Positions 39,205-51,680 of a stretch of 64,000 nt of DNA are shown here, in pieces; the first letter of the stretch is position 1, and every line of letters begins with the position of its first letter. A program made the translations under genes and the position numbers. Origin of the DNA: Eledone cirrhosa (taxonomy: Eukaryota). The notes beneath the pieces were generated by a model. The model saw only the letters and a program-made list of their open reading frames with translations. It made no database searches and was not told the origin of the DNA. The stretch spans positions 132,370,001 through 132,434,000 of the forward strand of contig OZ024740.1 in the NCBI GenBank assembly GCA_964016885.1, in the 5' to 3' direction.

Positions 39205-39830
39205 GCTGGTAATTTATGGTATATCAGCTCAACAAAATGGAGCAGTTATTAGTATTAAGGGTACTATTTATGGTTATGTATGCAATAAAACCTTTGATGG
39301 TAATATATTATATATACACAAACCCTAAATAGTGAGAGATAGTCATTAATTACTATCCTATTACCAGTAAGATAAATAGCTCAATGTAATAACATCAGTT
39401 GTTTTACAGAGCAGTTATATAGAGATTACAGTACTCAAAGTTCAGTTTAAGTCATTTATTTGCTTACAATTGTTTCCTCCAATCGATTGCCTGCTTCAAT
39501 TGCCTGACCCTGCAAATATCATTCTGACGCACTCTAATCATGTATAGATAAGACACGCGTGCATGCTACACGGGAGATTGTTTCACACACTGACTGCTCT
39601 AAGCTTTCCTCTTGCTTTATCTTCATAGACTGCCAACGCTTCATGTTTATCTTTATTTTCACTCTTATTTTCACTCTTGTTTTTATTTTATTTTATTTTT
39701 ATCCTGTAACCTTTATATGTAAATTGCCATGCTATATCATTTGATGAATGTCACCCCACTGTTGATCAATATGCGCATATGTTTTATGTGTCTCTTGGGT
39801 TGAAAAGGAGGTCAAGTATGTTATAAATAG

Positions 39831-39879
39831 TTGCTCCGAAGAATCCAAACCTCGGTTTGGAGGAAACAATTGTAAGCAA
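39831..39879 (+). ncRNA. Hammerhead (U4C core) in inverted pLTR
   Basis: TTGCT-CCGAAGA-ATCCAAACCTCGGTTTGGAG-GAAA-CAATTG-TA-AGCAA; palindromic stem III, GUA site. Confidence 0.78.
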
Positions 39880-39963
39880 ATAAATGACTTAAACTGAACT
39901 TTGATTACTGTAATCTCTCTCTCTCTATATATATGTACACATACATATACATACAAATACACC

Positions 39964-40045
<82 letters not shown>

Positions 40046-40109
40046 AACACAAATATATACACATACAAATAAATAAGTACTCAATAAATATACGCATATA
40101 CACAGCCAC

Positions 40110-41460
40110 ATAAAAACAGCTCTACAGGCAGAAAATGCAGATAGGTAAGAGGTACTCACATAACCATAGTGGCCGTATTTTGAGGTTGAGGAAGGGTGGG
40201 GGTAGGGTGGGAAGGATGTATAGGGGCTAATAGAAGGAGGTCGTTTATAGCCATCGGGCTTTAACACTGGCTTAAAGTATTTGAAAGTTGCAAAGTTCTT
40301 GTGCATGCAGTTCGGGCAGTGTTCAGATAGTTTGTTCAGTAGCGGCCCCTTGGCGAATAAAATTTCATAGCTCTCTGAGATACAAACGTCGCAGCCCTTG
40401 TGTCCTCCGTTGTAAGAGCGCGCTTTCTGGAGTATTTTCCAATTAAGCGTGAACGGGGTGGAGTTCATTTTGAGGTCCCAAACATAGGAGGCGAGTGTTG
40501 TCTGGTTTGATTTGTCCGCTCCTCTGAAGGAGTGGCTATGGGCATACCAACGGGTCTTAAAGTTATTGGAGGTCATGTCGATGTAAGTTTCTTTGTTATT
40601 GCAATCATCGGTGCCTGAGATGACATCGCATTTGTATACGATATCATTTGTGAGGCATTTGTTTTAAAGTGGGCATGCTTCCTTATTTAGGCAATTACAC
40701 AAAGCCCCAGTCCGGGGATTGGGTTCGGAGGTGGTTGGCTTATTTATTTTTTTAGAATTGTGGTTGGCTATATTCCTAGCTAGGTGAGGTGTGGTGGAGT
40801 AGGAGAGTCTTATTGTGTTCTTATTAAAGATGGTGTGGTACCTATGTTGTAAGGAGAAGTGTAATTTCAGCAAAGTGAAGAAAATCGTAACTATCGGTAT
40901 AGAGACCTCTCTCTTGAAGGGAGGGTTGTACCAGATAATCTGCCTATACCTATACCTCCTCTGCAAACTTGCAGTGGTTTCTAGGTAGGTTATCTTTTCT
41001 TTAAATCCGCTGCGGGCGAGGGCGTCATTGTAGTAGGAGGCAGAGGCGTTAAAAATATCTTTGTTGGCGGAGAGGCCAGATATTCTAATAGAGACGCTTT
41101 TTACTAGGTTATCAGTGATGTTTTGGGGATGGTATGAATTAACATTAATATATCTAAGGGACTCGTTAGGTTTGTGGTTCGGGTAATAGAGGGAAGTATC
41201 TACGTCGAGAATGACATCCAAGAAGTTGGCCCTAGTCAGATTAGATTCTATAGTTATACTAATTCCTAGATTAGAGAAGAACGAGCTTAATTTTTTCCGT
41301 AACCCATCGGTGGTCCGGGGATTAACCTTGTGTAGGGCGAAGAGGCTGTCGTCTCGGTATAAACCTCCGGTTAGGCCGGTAAAGAGTTCTTCAGGTGATG
41401 TAGGATGTACAAGCCCACAAGGTCGCTAATTTCAGCCGAGTCACTCGCTCCCATGCTACC
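40110..41460 (-). mobile_element. 5'-truncated, frameshifted Penelope-like element (RT C-half plus GIY-YIG)
   Basis: SMGASDSAEISDLVGLY, GGLYRDD, NFLDVIL, WYNPPF, CNCLNKEACPL, FKTRWYAH, CDVCISE...LLNK. Confidence 0.88.
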
Positions 41461-41624
41461 GTTAAGGAGCAAGTTAATTTTGAAATGCGCATAATAAAAT
41501 ACATGGAACTCATTTAACCATCTTTTGATCTTATATATTATGTATACTCCAGTCCTAAAAACTGTCGAGTGCTTCTTATCCGATATCTGCATTGCTTTAT
41601 TGTACTACAATAAAACTCACCTCC

Positions 41625-41688
<64 letters not shown>

Positions 41689-41763
41689 ACCAGTAATACA
41701 CTGGTTAATTGCTGGCATTGTGCCAAAAGTAGAAACAATTATATATATATATATATACATATA

Positions 41764-41873
<110 letters not shown>

Positions 41874-41902
41874 CTTATATATATAATTTCGCTACATTGT
41901 TG

Positions 41903-42083
41903 ATTGGCAGTATTTGTAAGGGTCGGACGCCATGCTTTGAAGCATAGAGTTACCTCCCTTTATGATCTGAGTTCAAAATCCCGCCGAGGTTAACTTTGCC
42001 TTTCATCCTTACGGGGTCGATAAAATAAAGTACCAGTAATGCACTGGGATAATTGCTGGCCTTGTGCCAAAAGTAGAAACAAT
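41903..42083 (+). mobile_element. tRNA-headed SINE
   Basis: Family consensus. Confidence 0.85.
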
Positions 42084-43830
42084 TATATTTCAGTATATCA
42101 ATACACTTTATTTAGTCCTTTAATCATGTTATATTATAAACATTTCTGTCCATATTTATTTTTTTGTTTTGTTTGGATTCTAATAATTTTCTGATATGCG
42201 TTACCGACTTTTTTATTGTTTGCATTATCTGAGTTTTCATTATTCTATTTTTAGTCTAAAATCATGTTTATACTTAATATGTGGGCTTTCATATTGTTAA
42301 CCGTAAAAATGCATCAGGTTTTAATTATTATTAACCGAAACACCACCTCAACCTAGGCGCAGAGCCTGCCATCCCCACCCCTTCCTCCTATCTTTCTTCT
42401 GACTTAATCGACCTTGCACTTTCCCTGTAGTTCTTCTTTTTTGTCATTTATGTTCCTTTACTTTACTTTTCTATACAGCCAGATCTGCCTTTCTTTACAC
42501 CTCTTCTATGTTTTATACAATAAAATATGAACATTGAATAAATAATTTATTATCATTTTAGTTCGTCATACAATAGCTAGACACATGATTTCACTCGGTT
42601 ACTTATATCAAGTTCATCAGCTCGTTATGTGGGCTAATGTTGGGATTATTTAAATTGGTGATTACGGCGTTTTCCTTTCGTTTTGTCGGAATATTATTTT
42701 AGATTAGTTTCATGGAGTTAGATTTGGTCGGTGTACTTTCTAGTTATACAGGTTAATAATAATTTTCGTGGAAATATTGTATCGGGCTCATTGGCCATAT
42801 AGGGCATGACACTATTTCGGGTGCTGTACGGAGTGTGTCTGCTTGGCCAATTAAACAAAGATGTTGAAGTCGACGCAACTTATTTTAGACTAACTACGTT
42901 ATCCGTCTCTTGCAATATGGCAACCACCGCGACCACCATACCAGTAATTATTGCATGTCAGTGGTTATTTAGGCCGTTGGCGGGCTGGCGTATTTTAGAA
43001 TATTAATACATTATGAACAGATATCATTTATTTTATTTTCATACACCCACCCACACACACTCACATAAACAAAGGTGATCGAGCCAGGTACACATAAACA
43101 CAAACACGAATAATGCATAGACGAATCCATTAATATTCAAAATTAAATATAGCATTAATATACACAAATTAAATATAACACACACACACTCACATGTACA
43201 CATTTTTCTATTTTCATTTTCTAATGTCTGAACGTTTGTAATGTGATGATGTGGATATTTCAGTAAGACGTTTTTGTTTTTTTTATTATTTATTTGGCGT
43301 AAAATTGGAAATATATGGTATATATATTTTTGCCTTTTTTGTATGTTAATACCTTTTGCTGTTTTAAATCTAAAGGTCATTTAACGATGGGAATATACTC
43401 TCTTCAAGGGTACTTGTTTCCTATTTCTGCAGTGTGTCTTTGTTGGATTTGATAATATTGTGCAGAGGTATGTGTAATTTTGGTATGCGCGTGTGTTTCA
43501 TTTGGGTATAAATATGGTTAAAAATGTAAGGTGCTTCTTGCTGTGGTCCATAGAAGATTGGATGTTAGTTCTCATATCATTGATAATGTTTTGAATGTTA
43601 TATGATACATAGGATAATAAAACATTCCCCCCACCCCACCCCACCCCTCTCTCTTATTTGAAGAACTATTGTAACGCGAACTGGCGCGAAATTTATTATA
43701 ATTATTGACAAACCAATCAAATTACTTCTCGAAAAACCTGGCTTTCGAGCCACTTTTTTCCATATAAAACAAGTAACATTCAGAGACCAACCAGATGTGA
43801 GAAAAACCACAGACCCTCCATCTCAACTCA

Positions 43831-43868
43831 CCTTTTGAAAAGCAGAAGAACTGCGAAACCGGTAAAGG
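43831..43868 (+). ncRNA. Minimal hammerhead, U3-A8 core variant
   Basis: CCTT-TTGAAAA-GCAG-AAGAA-CTGC-GAAA-CCGG-TA-AAGG: three perfect stems, palindromic stem III, GUA site. Confidence 0.75.
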
Positions 43869-44001
43869 AACCAAATAAATATATATATTTTAAAAAAAAA
43901 TAAGACTTCAGTTGCATTTTCGATTTCATCTCTTTTTCTTTATACTTCCACTCGTGTAGGACACCTCGGATATTTTTCATTTTGTAAAAAAAAAACCTCA
44001 C

Positions 44002-44110
<109 letters not shown>

Positions 44111-44227
44111 TATAAAAGAAAATGAGTTTTCTTTAAAGAAAAAAACGTGATGTCCAACACGAGTGAAAGTTTAAGGGAAAGAAATCGGATATGCAGTTGG
44201 ATTCTTTTTAAGAATATTTATTTGTTT

Positions 44228-44265
44228 CCTCTACCGGTTTCCAATTGTTTATGCTTTTCAAAATT
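44228..44265 (-). ncRNA. Diverged copy of the U3-A8 hammerhead
   Basis: TTGAAAA-GCATAAACAATTG-GAAA-CCGG-TA-GAGG; stems I and II have decayed. Confidence 0.4.
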
Positions 44266-44544
44266 AGAATTGAAATGGAGTGTTTGTGATTTTCCTTGCA
44301 TGAGAACTGTGAAACCGTTCTAGACCTGTAGAAGCCATTTATATATTAAATATGTATATTAAATATATATATATATATTGTTATACTTGGTGATGGTCAT
44401 ATTTTTATAATATTGCCGTAAATAATAACAGAACAAAATCACTGTTTCGATTGGGTTGGTTTTCGCTTCTTTATATTGTATATCTCCATAGATAATGTAT
44501 CTGGCAATAAATGTTTATCATTGATTGAGCAACGGTTAAAAATG

Positions 44545-44700
44545 CATGTCAGTAGAATGAACCCTTCATTCTTGCTCTTGTGTTGGCAGGTGAACAGTGA
44601 GCTTTACTGATGAAGGGTGATGCCAAGAAACATTAGTGTCTGCAGATCTGTTCACATGCCAACACAAGAGCAAGAATGAAGGGTCCATTCTAATGACATG
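44545..44700 (+). ncRNA. Hammerhead core enclosed by a ~55-bp inverted repeat
   Basis: Arms 44545-44597 / 44648-44700; loop CTGATGA-AGGGTGATGCCAA-GAAA-CATTAGTG-TC. Confidence 0.65.
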
Positions 44701-44733
44701 GTTATAACATTGAGGCTTGTTTGCAAACGAATC

Positions 44734-44920
44734 GGTGGATTGGCAGTATCGCTAGAGGGTCGGACGCCATGCTTTGACGTATAGAGTTACGGCCCTTGCC
44801 ATTGTGAGTTCAAATCCCGCCGTGGTTAACTTTGCCTTTCATCCTTACGGGCTCGATAAAATAACGTACCAGTAATGCACTGGATAATTGCTGGCCTTGT
44901 GCCAAACGTAGAAACAATTA
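44734..44920 (+). mobile_element. tRNA-headed SINE
   Basis: Family consensus. Confidence 0.85.
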
Positions 44921-45195
44921 TTAATATTCGAAAAATTTAGATTACATTTATTGTTCAGCCATGTAGAACAAAAACAAATTTTCCTTTTTATTTGAATTTG
45001 GCAAAGCCGGCCATTTATCGCTCGTATACAGGAAACTGACTGGCCAGTCTGCTGATATGCAAATCTGGCTGATCAGTGGATCTGCTAATCTGCTAATATA
45101 TCTGACTGTTCAGCCAGTCTGCTAATATGCAAATTAGGCCGATCAGTCTCAGTGTATTTTTGAAAATTGCATATATTGTCACTAGGACTGTCAGT

Positions 45196-45275
45196 TTGGT
45201 AGGTGAACAGTGAGCTGTACTGATGAAGGGAGATACCCAGAAACATTAGTGTCTGCAGTTCTGTTCCCATGCCAA
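45196..45275 (+). ncRNA. Type I hammerhead with extended stem I
   Basis: GAACAG-TG-AGCTGTA-CTGATGA-A-GGG-AGATA-CCC-A-GAAA-CATTAGTG-TC-TGCAGTT-CTGTTC. Confidence 0.78.
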
Positions 45276-45484
45276 CAGAAGAGCAAGAGTTAATGTATAA
45301 TTCTACTGACATGTCTATAACATTTAGGCTTGTTTGCATAATTGCAAACGAATCGAATGTTGTGCTTATGTGTTGTGTGTGGGGCTCTGTCAGGGACAAT
45401 CTATCTGTCTAATGTGTGGTTGTGCTTATGTGTTGTGTGTGCCTGTGTATGGGGGACAGTGTGTGGCTGTATGTATGGGGGGCA

Positions 45485-45667
45485 GTGATTGGTAGTATCG
45501 GTAGAGGGTCGGACGCCATGCTTTCTAGCATAGTTACGTCCCTTTACGATCTGAGTTCAAATCCCGCCGAGGTTGACTTTGCCTTTCATCCTTACGGGGT
45601 CGATAAAATAAAGTACCAGTGAGGCCCTGGGTAGGTGCTGGCCTTGTGCCTGAAGTAGAAACAATTA
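45485..45667 (+). mobile_element. tRNA-headed SINE
   Basis: Family consensus. Confidence 0.85.
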
Positions 45668-45790
45668 TTAATATTCGAAAAACTCAGATTACATTTATTA
45701 TATATATATATATATATTTAAATAAGAGAGACTAGTGTGCACAACGAAGTATAGATATAAGCTTGCATACTTCGGATTAATGTTATATTA

Positions 45791-45975
45791 ATTGTTTCTA
45801 CTTTTGGCACAAGGCCAGCAAATGCCTAATACATTACTGGTACTTTATTTTATCGACCCAGTAAGGATGAAAGGCAAAGTTAATCTCGACGCGATGTGAA
45901 CTTAGACCTTAAAGGGTCGTAACTATGCTGGAAAGCATGGCGTCCGACCCTCCACCGATACTGCCAATTCACGGC
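45791..45975 (-). mobile_element. tRNA-headed SINE
   Basis: Family consensus, reverse strand. Confidence 0.85.
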
Positions 45976-45993
45976 CCGATTACAATTATAATA

Positions 45994-46179
45994 ATTGTTT
46001 CTACTTTAGGCACAAGGCCAGCAATTATCCAGTGCATTACTGGTACTTTATTTTATCGACCCCGTAAGGATGAAAGGCAAAGTCAACCTCGGCGGGATTT
46101 GAACTCAGATGGTAAAGGGACGTAACTATGCTGGAAAGCATGGCGTCCGACCCTCTACCGATACTGCCAATCCACCGCC
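45994..46179 (-). mobile_element. tRNA-headed SINE, tandem copy
   Basis: Family consensus, reverse strand. Confidence 0.85.
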
Positions 46180-46349
46180 ACAATTATAATAATGACGTAC
46201 TCTTCAACAATTTAGAATTCACCTCATTTACTCAATTGTTGTTTTATGTATTTCTAAGATAAATGTTATGTAACAGTTTTGACGTCATCAAGCTGCTATT
46301 ATGTGAAGAGAAACTCGCATGAATAAATCAAAAAGATTAAAAATAAAAT

Positions 46350-47600
46350 GTATTCATTATGTTACTATTGATTGATATGTCTCGGGTTGACTATTGATCT
46401 TGATATCCTAAAGCGCTTCTGATATACGATGTAGTACAAACAAACTCTTAGCATCAAACAAAATGCTATAAAAGACGCATAGCTAGTGGTCAAATATAGT
46501 TCCAACGTTATACCCTACTAGCGACTCTGAATTCCTTAGTCCCACCCTGGTTTGGTATCGTCTAATCAGGTCATTTCTAAATAATTCTGTATTTGGAGTT
46601 TATATGATGGTCAGACTTAGAAAATTGGCGATGATGGGAAATGGAATTAATTGCAGCAACAACACAAACAGTGACGGTTGTAAAACCAACATTTCGGGTT
46701 CATATGAGGATCTAGTATGCATCGCTCTCAATGCCTGTAGCAGCAGTAGCAGTAATGATGATAGAACGTGGCTAGCTACTATATAATGCAATACATATCA
46801 AGGGTACAGATAAAAGTCAGAATCAATGTTGACAAATACAAACAAAATAAGATAAAATAAAATTAAGGTTCAAGATAGAATAGATTATTAATATAAAAAA
46901 TATCACACGGGTCAAATAGAATTTTAGGAATAAATGCAAAAAGGAAAACAAAGCAAAAGATGGGCTATGCCAAAATACCAAGATAAGACAATGCCAAAGT
47001 AGCGCCGTATAACATATATATAATGGATAAAGAATGGATTTCCAAATTTAAATAGCTAATGAAAATGAAATGTGGTTAGTAGGAACGTAATGTATTGATC
47101 ATAGTTAATACATTACCAGAAAATGATCTCGACTGCACTCCTGAAGCATACGTTGGTTCCGAAGGAGGAGGGGAGTTTCTAGTTAACTAGCCCTCATTGT
47201 ATGTGAAACATGGAATCATGGAATCCCACGTTAGGTATCTGAGATAAGTCGTAGGATAATACACGAGTAAGAATCCTTATGTGGTACTTTTATACCTAAA
47301 TCATCATAAATCTGCGGCCACAGGTAAATACATAAAACTAATGCAGCGGACAAGGTGTTTGTACTACCAAGAGTCTAGGCTGGTCCTAGGAAATAAATAG
47401 AGATGTATAGAGATAAAAAACAGGAGAAGGGAGTACATTTAGAACACAATGAGGTACGTTTACTTTAATTAAAACTTGATAAAAGTTCCCGTCTCGCACG
47501 AAATAATGCGTATCTTAAGTGACTTACTCAGGCAGACATTTCAAATGCAAGAACCATCTCCATCTAGTGGTACCTCACGACCCTTGGTCAAAGCCAAAGA
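46350..47600 (+). pseudogene. Possible old degraded Neptune-like PLE
   Basis: Scattered fragments in the same order as the 11599-13032 protein: KVRINV (cf. TKINIL), DRI, VLIIVNTLPENDL (cf. VMFINTTPRGEL), RNNAYLK.LTQADI (cf. KKDAMFRQITEAVSI). Confidence 0.45.
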
Positions 47601-47834
47601 GTAAGGGGACATATCTAACTTAAGCTTCAAGAACAGCTAGGAAACCAGGGTAACAAATACATGATGTTAATTCTAACCTGCTGACATCTACTTCGAGGTT
47701 AGCGTTGCCTTACATCCTTACGGGTTTGATACAATAAAGAACCTCTATTCCACTGGGGTCGATTTAGTTGAATTTCTCCTCACCTCAAATTGCTGGCTTT
47801 GTGCATATAGTAGAAAACATTATTATTATCATTA

Positions 47835-47995
47835 ATTGGCAGTATCCGTAGAGAGTCGGGCGCCATGCTTTGACGCATAGAGTTACGGCCCTTGCCATTC
47901 TGAGTTCATATCCCACCGAGGTTAACTTGCCTTTCATCCCTACGGGGTCGATAAAATAAAGTACCAGTAATGTACTGATAATTGCCAGTAGAAAC
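47835..47995 (+). mobile_element. tRNA-headed SINE
   Basis: Family consensus; a related partial copy lies at 47690-47820. Confidence 0.8.
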
Positions 47996-48059
47996 ACTTA
48001 TTATTATCATTAGTATGTTTATCAACACGTCTGTAGGTTGTTTATTCGCATGTTTATAT

Positions 48060-51000
48060 AACGTTTATTCAGATGTTTGGAAAATATTGTCATCATTATC
48101 AGGTCGAGCTTGCTCGGCCTTCTACGACTCTTTTCCTCCATCCATCCCTGTCTCTCATAGCTTTTGCCAGTTCTTCCGCAGTGCATCCAGTATTGTCCTC
48201 AAGTTGCTTGACGTATGTCTTCTTGGGATGACCAGCATTTCTTGCTACATGAGATGGACTCCATAACAATAAATCGCCTGCTATTTCTTCCTTGCTGCGC
48301 CAACAGTGGCCACCAAACCTGAGTCACTGCTTACGTATTGACTTGCTGATAGGTAGCATAGTGCCATAAAGATCCTTATTTGTTGGGTGTTCCCTCCAAG
48401 ATACGTTTAAAGCAGCACGGACCATACGTGTGTATAGCTTTTTCTCCAGTTTTGACGTTAGTGTCCAAGTAATAGAGCCATAAACAAGCACAGATTCTAC
48501 GGCTGCTCTGAAGAAATTCCTTTTCAGTTTGGCCGGCAGGTTTGATCTCCATAATTTTTCTATTGAATTCAATGCTCTCCAGGCTTTTCCCAGTCTGATG
48601 TTAACATCATGTTCTGTGGAGGCGATATAGCTACCCAAGTATTTGAAGTCGTCAACTTGCTTGATTATATCGCCGTTTAAACATGGCATACCAACTGAGG
48701 AATCTTGGTTCAGGCAAATATATTCTGTTTTGCTTGCGTTGACATAGAGTCGGATTTCCTTTGCAACTGATTCGATGCCGTGAAGTAGTGATGTTGCATC
48801 CTTAAGATAGTCAGCGAGGACCGCTAAATCAATCGCATAGTCAGCATCGGTGATTTTCTGAGCTGCATGGCGTCTACACTTTCGCTTTGTGAGAGTGAAA
48901 CCAAACTCTAAGTTTTCGTCCAGGGCTTTTCTCAATACATAGTCGAGTCATATGTTAAAAATATATGGTGCAAGTGTATCCCCTTGGAGTACACCTGCAA
49001 TGATGTCAAACAAGTTGGTATCTCCATCAGGTTAGCGCACCATTGCGCGGGTGTTTTTATATAACATTTACTGTTTCCTTTGGCAAGCCGTAGGCTAGAA
49101 GTATCTCTCCCATCCTCCCACGACGGATGAAATCAAATGCTTTTGAAAAGTCAATAAACAGGATAGTTGCTGGGAGGTTTTGGGATTTTACGCCTTCCAA
49201 GATACGCCGAATAGTAAGTATTTGCCCTGATGTTGATCTATTGGTGCGGAAGCCATTTTGTTTTTTTCTCAGCAGGGTGTCAATGACAACTCTTATTCAG
49301 TCAAGCAACATGAGATTGTATATCTTTGCGGCAATTGCCATTAGGGTTATGCCACGGTAGATTTTAGCCTTTCCAAGTTAGCCCTTTTTGGGAAAAGGGA
49401 GTATACATCCCTCAATCCATTTATCTATGGGGTCTTGATTATAGACACCATTACACAACTCTAGTAGGATTGGGTGAAATTCAGGTAACTTCCACAATTC
49501 AGCTTGGATCTCGTCGAATCCGCACGCTTTTCCGTTACCAATACTTTTCACTGCTTTCTGTATTTCCTCCATAGTGAAAGGACCATTCTGTATTTGCTGT
49601 TCCTCTGTTAAAACGGGTATTATTTCTTCTTCGATGATCTGTGGTGCTTTGCCAAGTAGGTTCTGAATATGTTGTTGCCACAGTTTTAAACGTTCGTCTT
49701 GGCTGGAGGCTTTCAGTTTGGCTCTGGCACTACTTTTTCTGCCACTAATTTCATTGACAGTTTTCCAGGCTTCAATAGACCTCTTATTGCTGACAGTACT
49801 TGAGATATGATTGATCTTTTTCTGCATGTATTCGGCTTGCTCAATTTCATACTCTCTTTTCAGTGCTGTGCATTGAAGTTACTAAAGTTTTTTGGAGATC
49901 GTTGAGTGTCTTTCAATTCTGCAGCTTTTCGCAACTCTTTGCGCTTTTGGCGTATCCTCTCTGTTTCCCAGAGTTTTCGTTTAATAACCTTGGGTTTTAA
50001 AGGGATGGTGTCGGCCGCTGCCTCTTCGAATGCCATTTGAAAGTGGTTAAATGTAGAATTTGACGATTCTGTTGGCGTGGAGTCTTGTAGGGCAGCAAAT
50101 TGGTTGCTCAGTTGGGTTACAAAGGTGTAAGTCTCAGGATTCGTATTCAGAACTGCCCAATTGTAAGGAGTAGCATTTGCGGATTTCTTTTTATCCACTC
50201 GGAGACTTAATCGTATCTTGGCCAAGACAATGCAATGATCCAAGTCAACACTAACAAATGAGTCATATGCTCGTAAAGTTTTTTGCGTTGTTCTTCCATT
50301 TTCGATTGATTATGATATAATACAGTTGTGTCTTGTCGCCATTTGGAGATTTGTGTGTGCACCGTTGGGCTGGTCGTTTTTTGGAATATGGCGGTGAGAC
50401 ATCGTAAATTGTTCTCACACAAGTAATCTTTTAGCATACAACCGTTTCTATTGGTTTATGAGTGGTATGAGAATTTGAATCCATCAAGTTGTCCAAGACG
50501 CGCGTTGAAGTCTCCGCCAATGATGAGAACATTATGTTTCGGGATTTGTCTATTGAGTGATGTTAGTTCCATGTAAAACCTCTCTACTTCGGCCATGTCA
50601 CATACATTTGTTGGATTATAGCAAGAGATTACAGTGGTTTTAGGATTTCCGTTAAACGTAGCTCTCATTATCCTTGATGTTATCATTTCAACATTCGCAA
50701 GTGCGTCATAGTCTCGCGGGATGAAAAGCATTCCAACTCTACCATTTGCTGCATTCATGTTGTTTTTCCAAGCTGAGCAGGTTATCAGCCTCCAATTGCC
50801 AAATATTTACTCCATTGTTACAAGCTCTTCATGTATGAACCGGTGCTCCTGAAGACAGATTACATCATGGTTGGTCACCCCTGCTGAAGCAATCAGTTCA
50901 TGGATTTTAAGGTCTTTCTGGATTGTTTGAACATTGAGTGTACCAGCAAAGATGTCTTTCTTTCCGTGTACAAGTCGGGTTGGTTGTTTTCTCCGTGTAT

Positions 51001-51680
51001 ATTTACCATTATCTGATTTTTCGACTGCAATCTGTGAATCCGTTGCAGGACGCGCTCCTTGTTTAACTGCGCGACGAGTGCTGCGGGATGAACATCGAAG
51101 GATTTGTGTCATATTTAGTTTTCAATAGCTGGATATACACTTGCGGTCGCTACTCCATACAAGTGAAAGCAGTACTCTGTATTAGAGCAGTTGTGCCTCA
51201 CCGAAACATCCAACAATAATTGATATGATCGGCTTGCCACTAATAGCATGAACCAAATTCACAGTTACTTAATCATTGCCTTATATACTGATCCGACATC
51301 CTGTTTATCAATGTCGTCGTTTAACCCAGTCAGGAATGGTTTTAACAGATTGCCTATCAAGGCCAAAGGGCTCTGTCCGCCCCGGCTTTGAAATCAGAGT
51401 GGTCCCTCTCCGAGACACATTGCTGACCAAGGCCACCAAATATACACTATATACACTATATACATATTTACACAATTTTTGGATGGCCGTTGACTCTAAT
51501 GAGTTCTTCCGCGCTTTGTCAGGTTTTGTTTTTGTCCTGCAGGATGTCCAAAATCACGCTCCTCACCAAGTAAACTTCATGGGGTTTCCGCGTTAGTCGA
51601 CGCCGACCCGACGATGCGACAGGTTGTAATGGATTACATGTTTCCAGTAGCACTCGAGAGTGGCCTGACATGCATATATT
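48060..51680 (-). mobile_element. Degraded near full-length RTE-like LINE (APE endonuclease plus RT)
   Basis: APE: GTLNVQT, DVICLQEHR, VISCYNPT, IIGGDFNA, DHCIV. RT: LFIDFSKAFD, GVLQGDTLAP, DADYAIDL (mutated YADD), FKYLGS, ESVLVYGS. Many frameshifts; 51130-51680 is the putative 5' UTR. Confidence 0.88.

Larger units (their letters stand above)
34932..39913 (-). mobile_element. Near full-length Penelope-like element with direct and inverted pseudo-LTRs
   Basis: 34932-35162 is repeated directly at 39251-39482; 35101-35537 is repeated inverted at 39482-39913; RT and GIY-YIG between; HHRs in the pLTRs. Confidence 0.93.

Noticed and set aside
42574-42624. Minus-strand CTGATGA-ACTTG...CGAGT-GAAA...GTC
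   Set aside because: Stem II is plausible but stems I and III barely pair, and it is single-copy here.
42640-43010. CpG-richer unique stretch as a host exon or promoter
   Set aside because: No recognisable protein similarity, and the motifs (near-CArG, CCAAT) are too weak to support a call.
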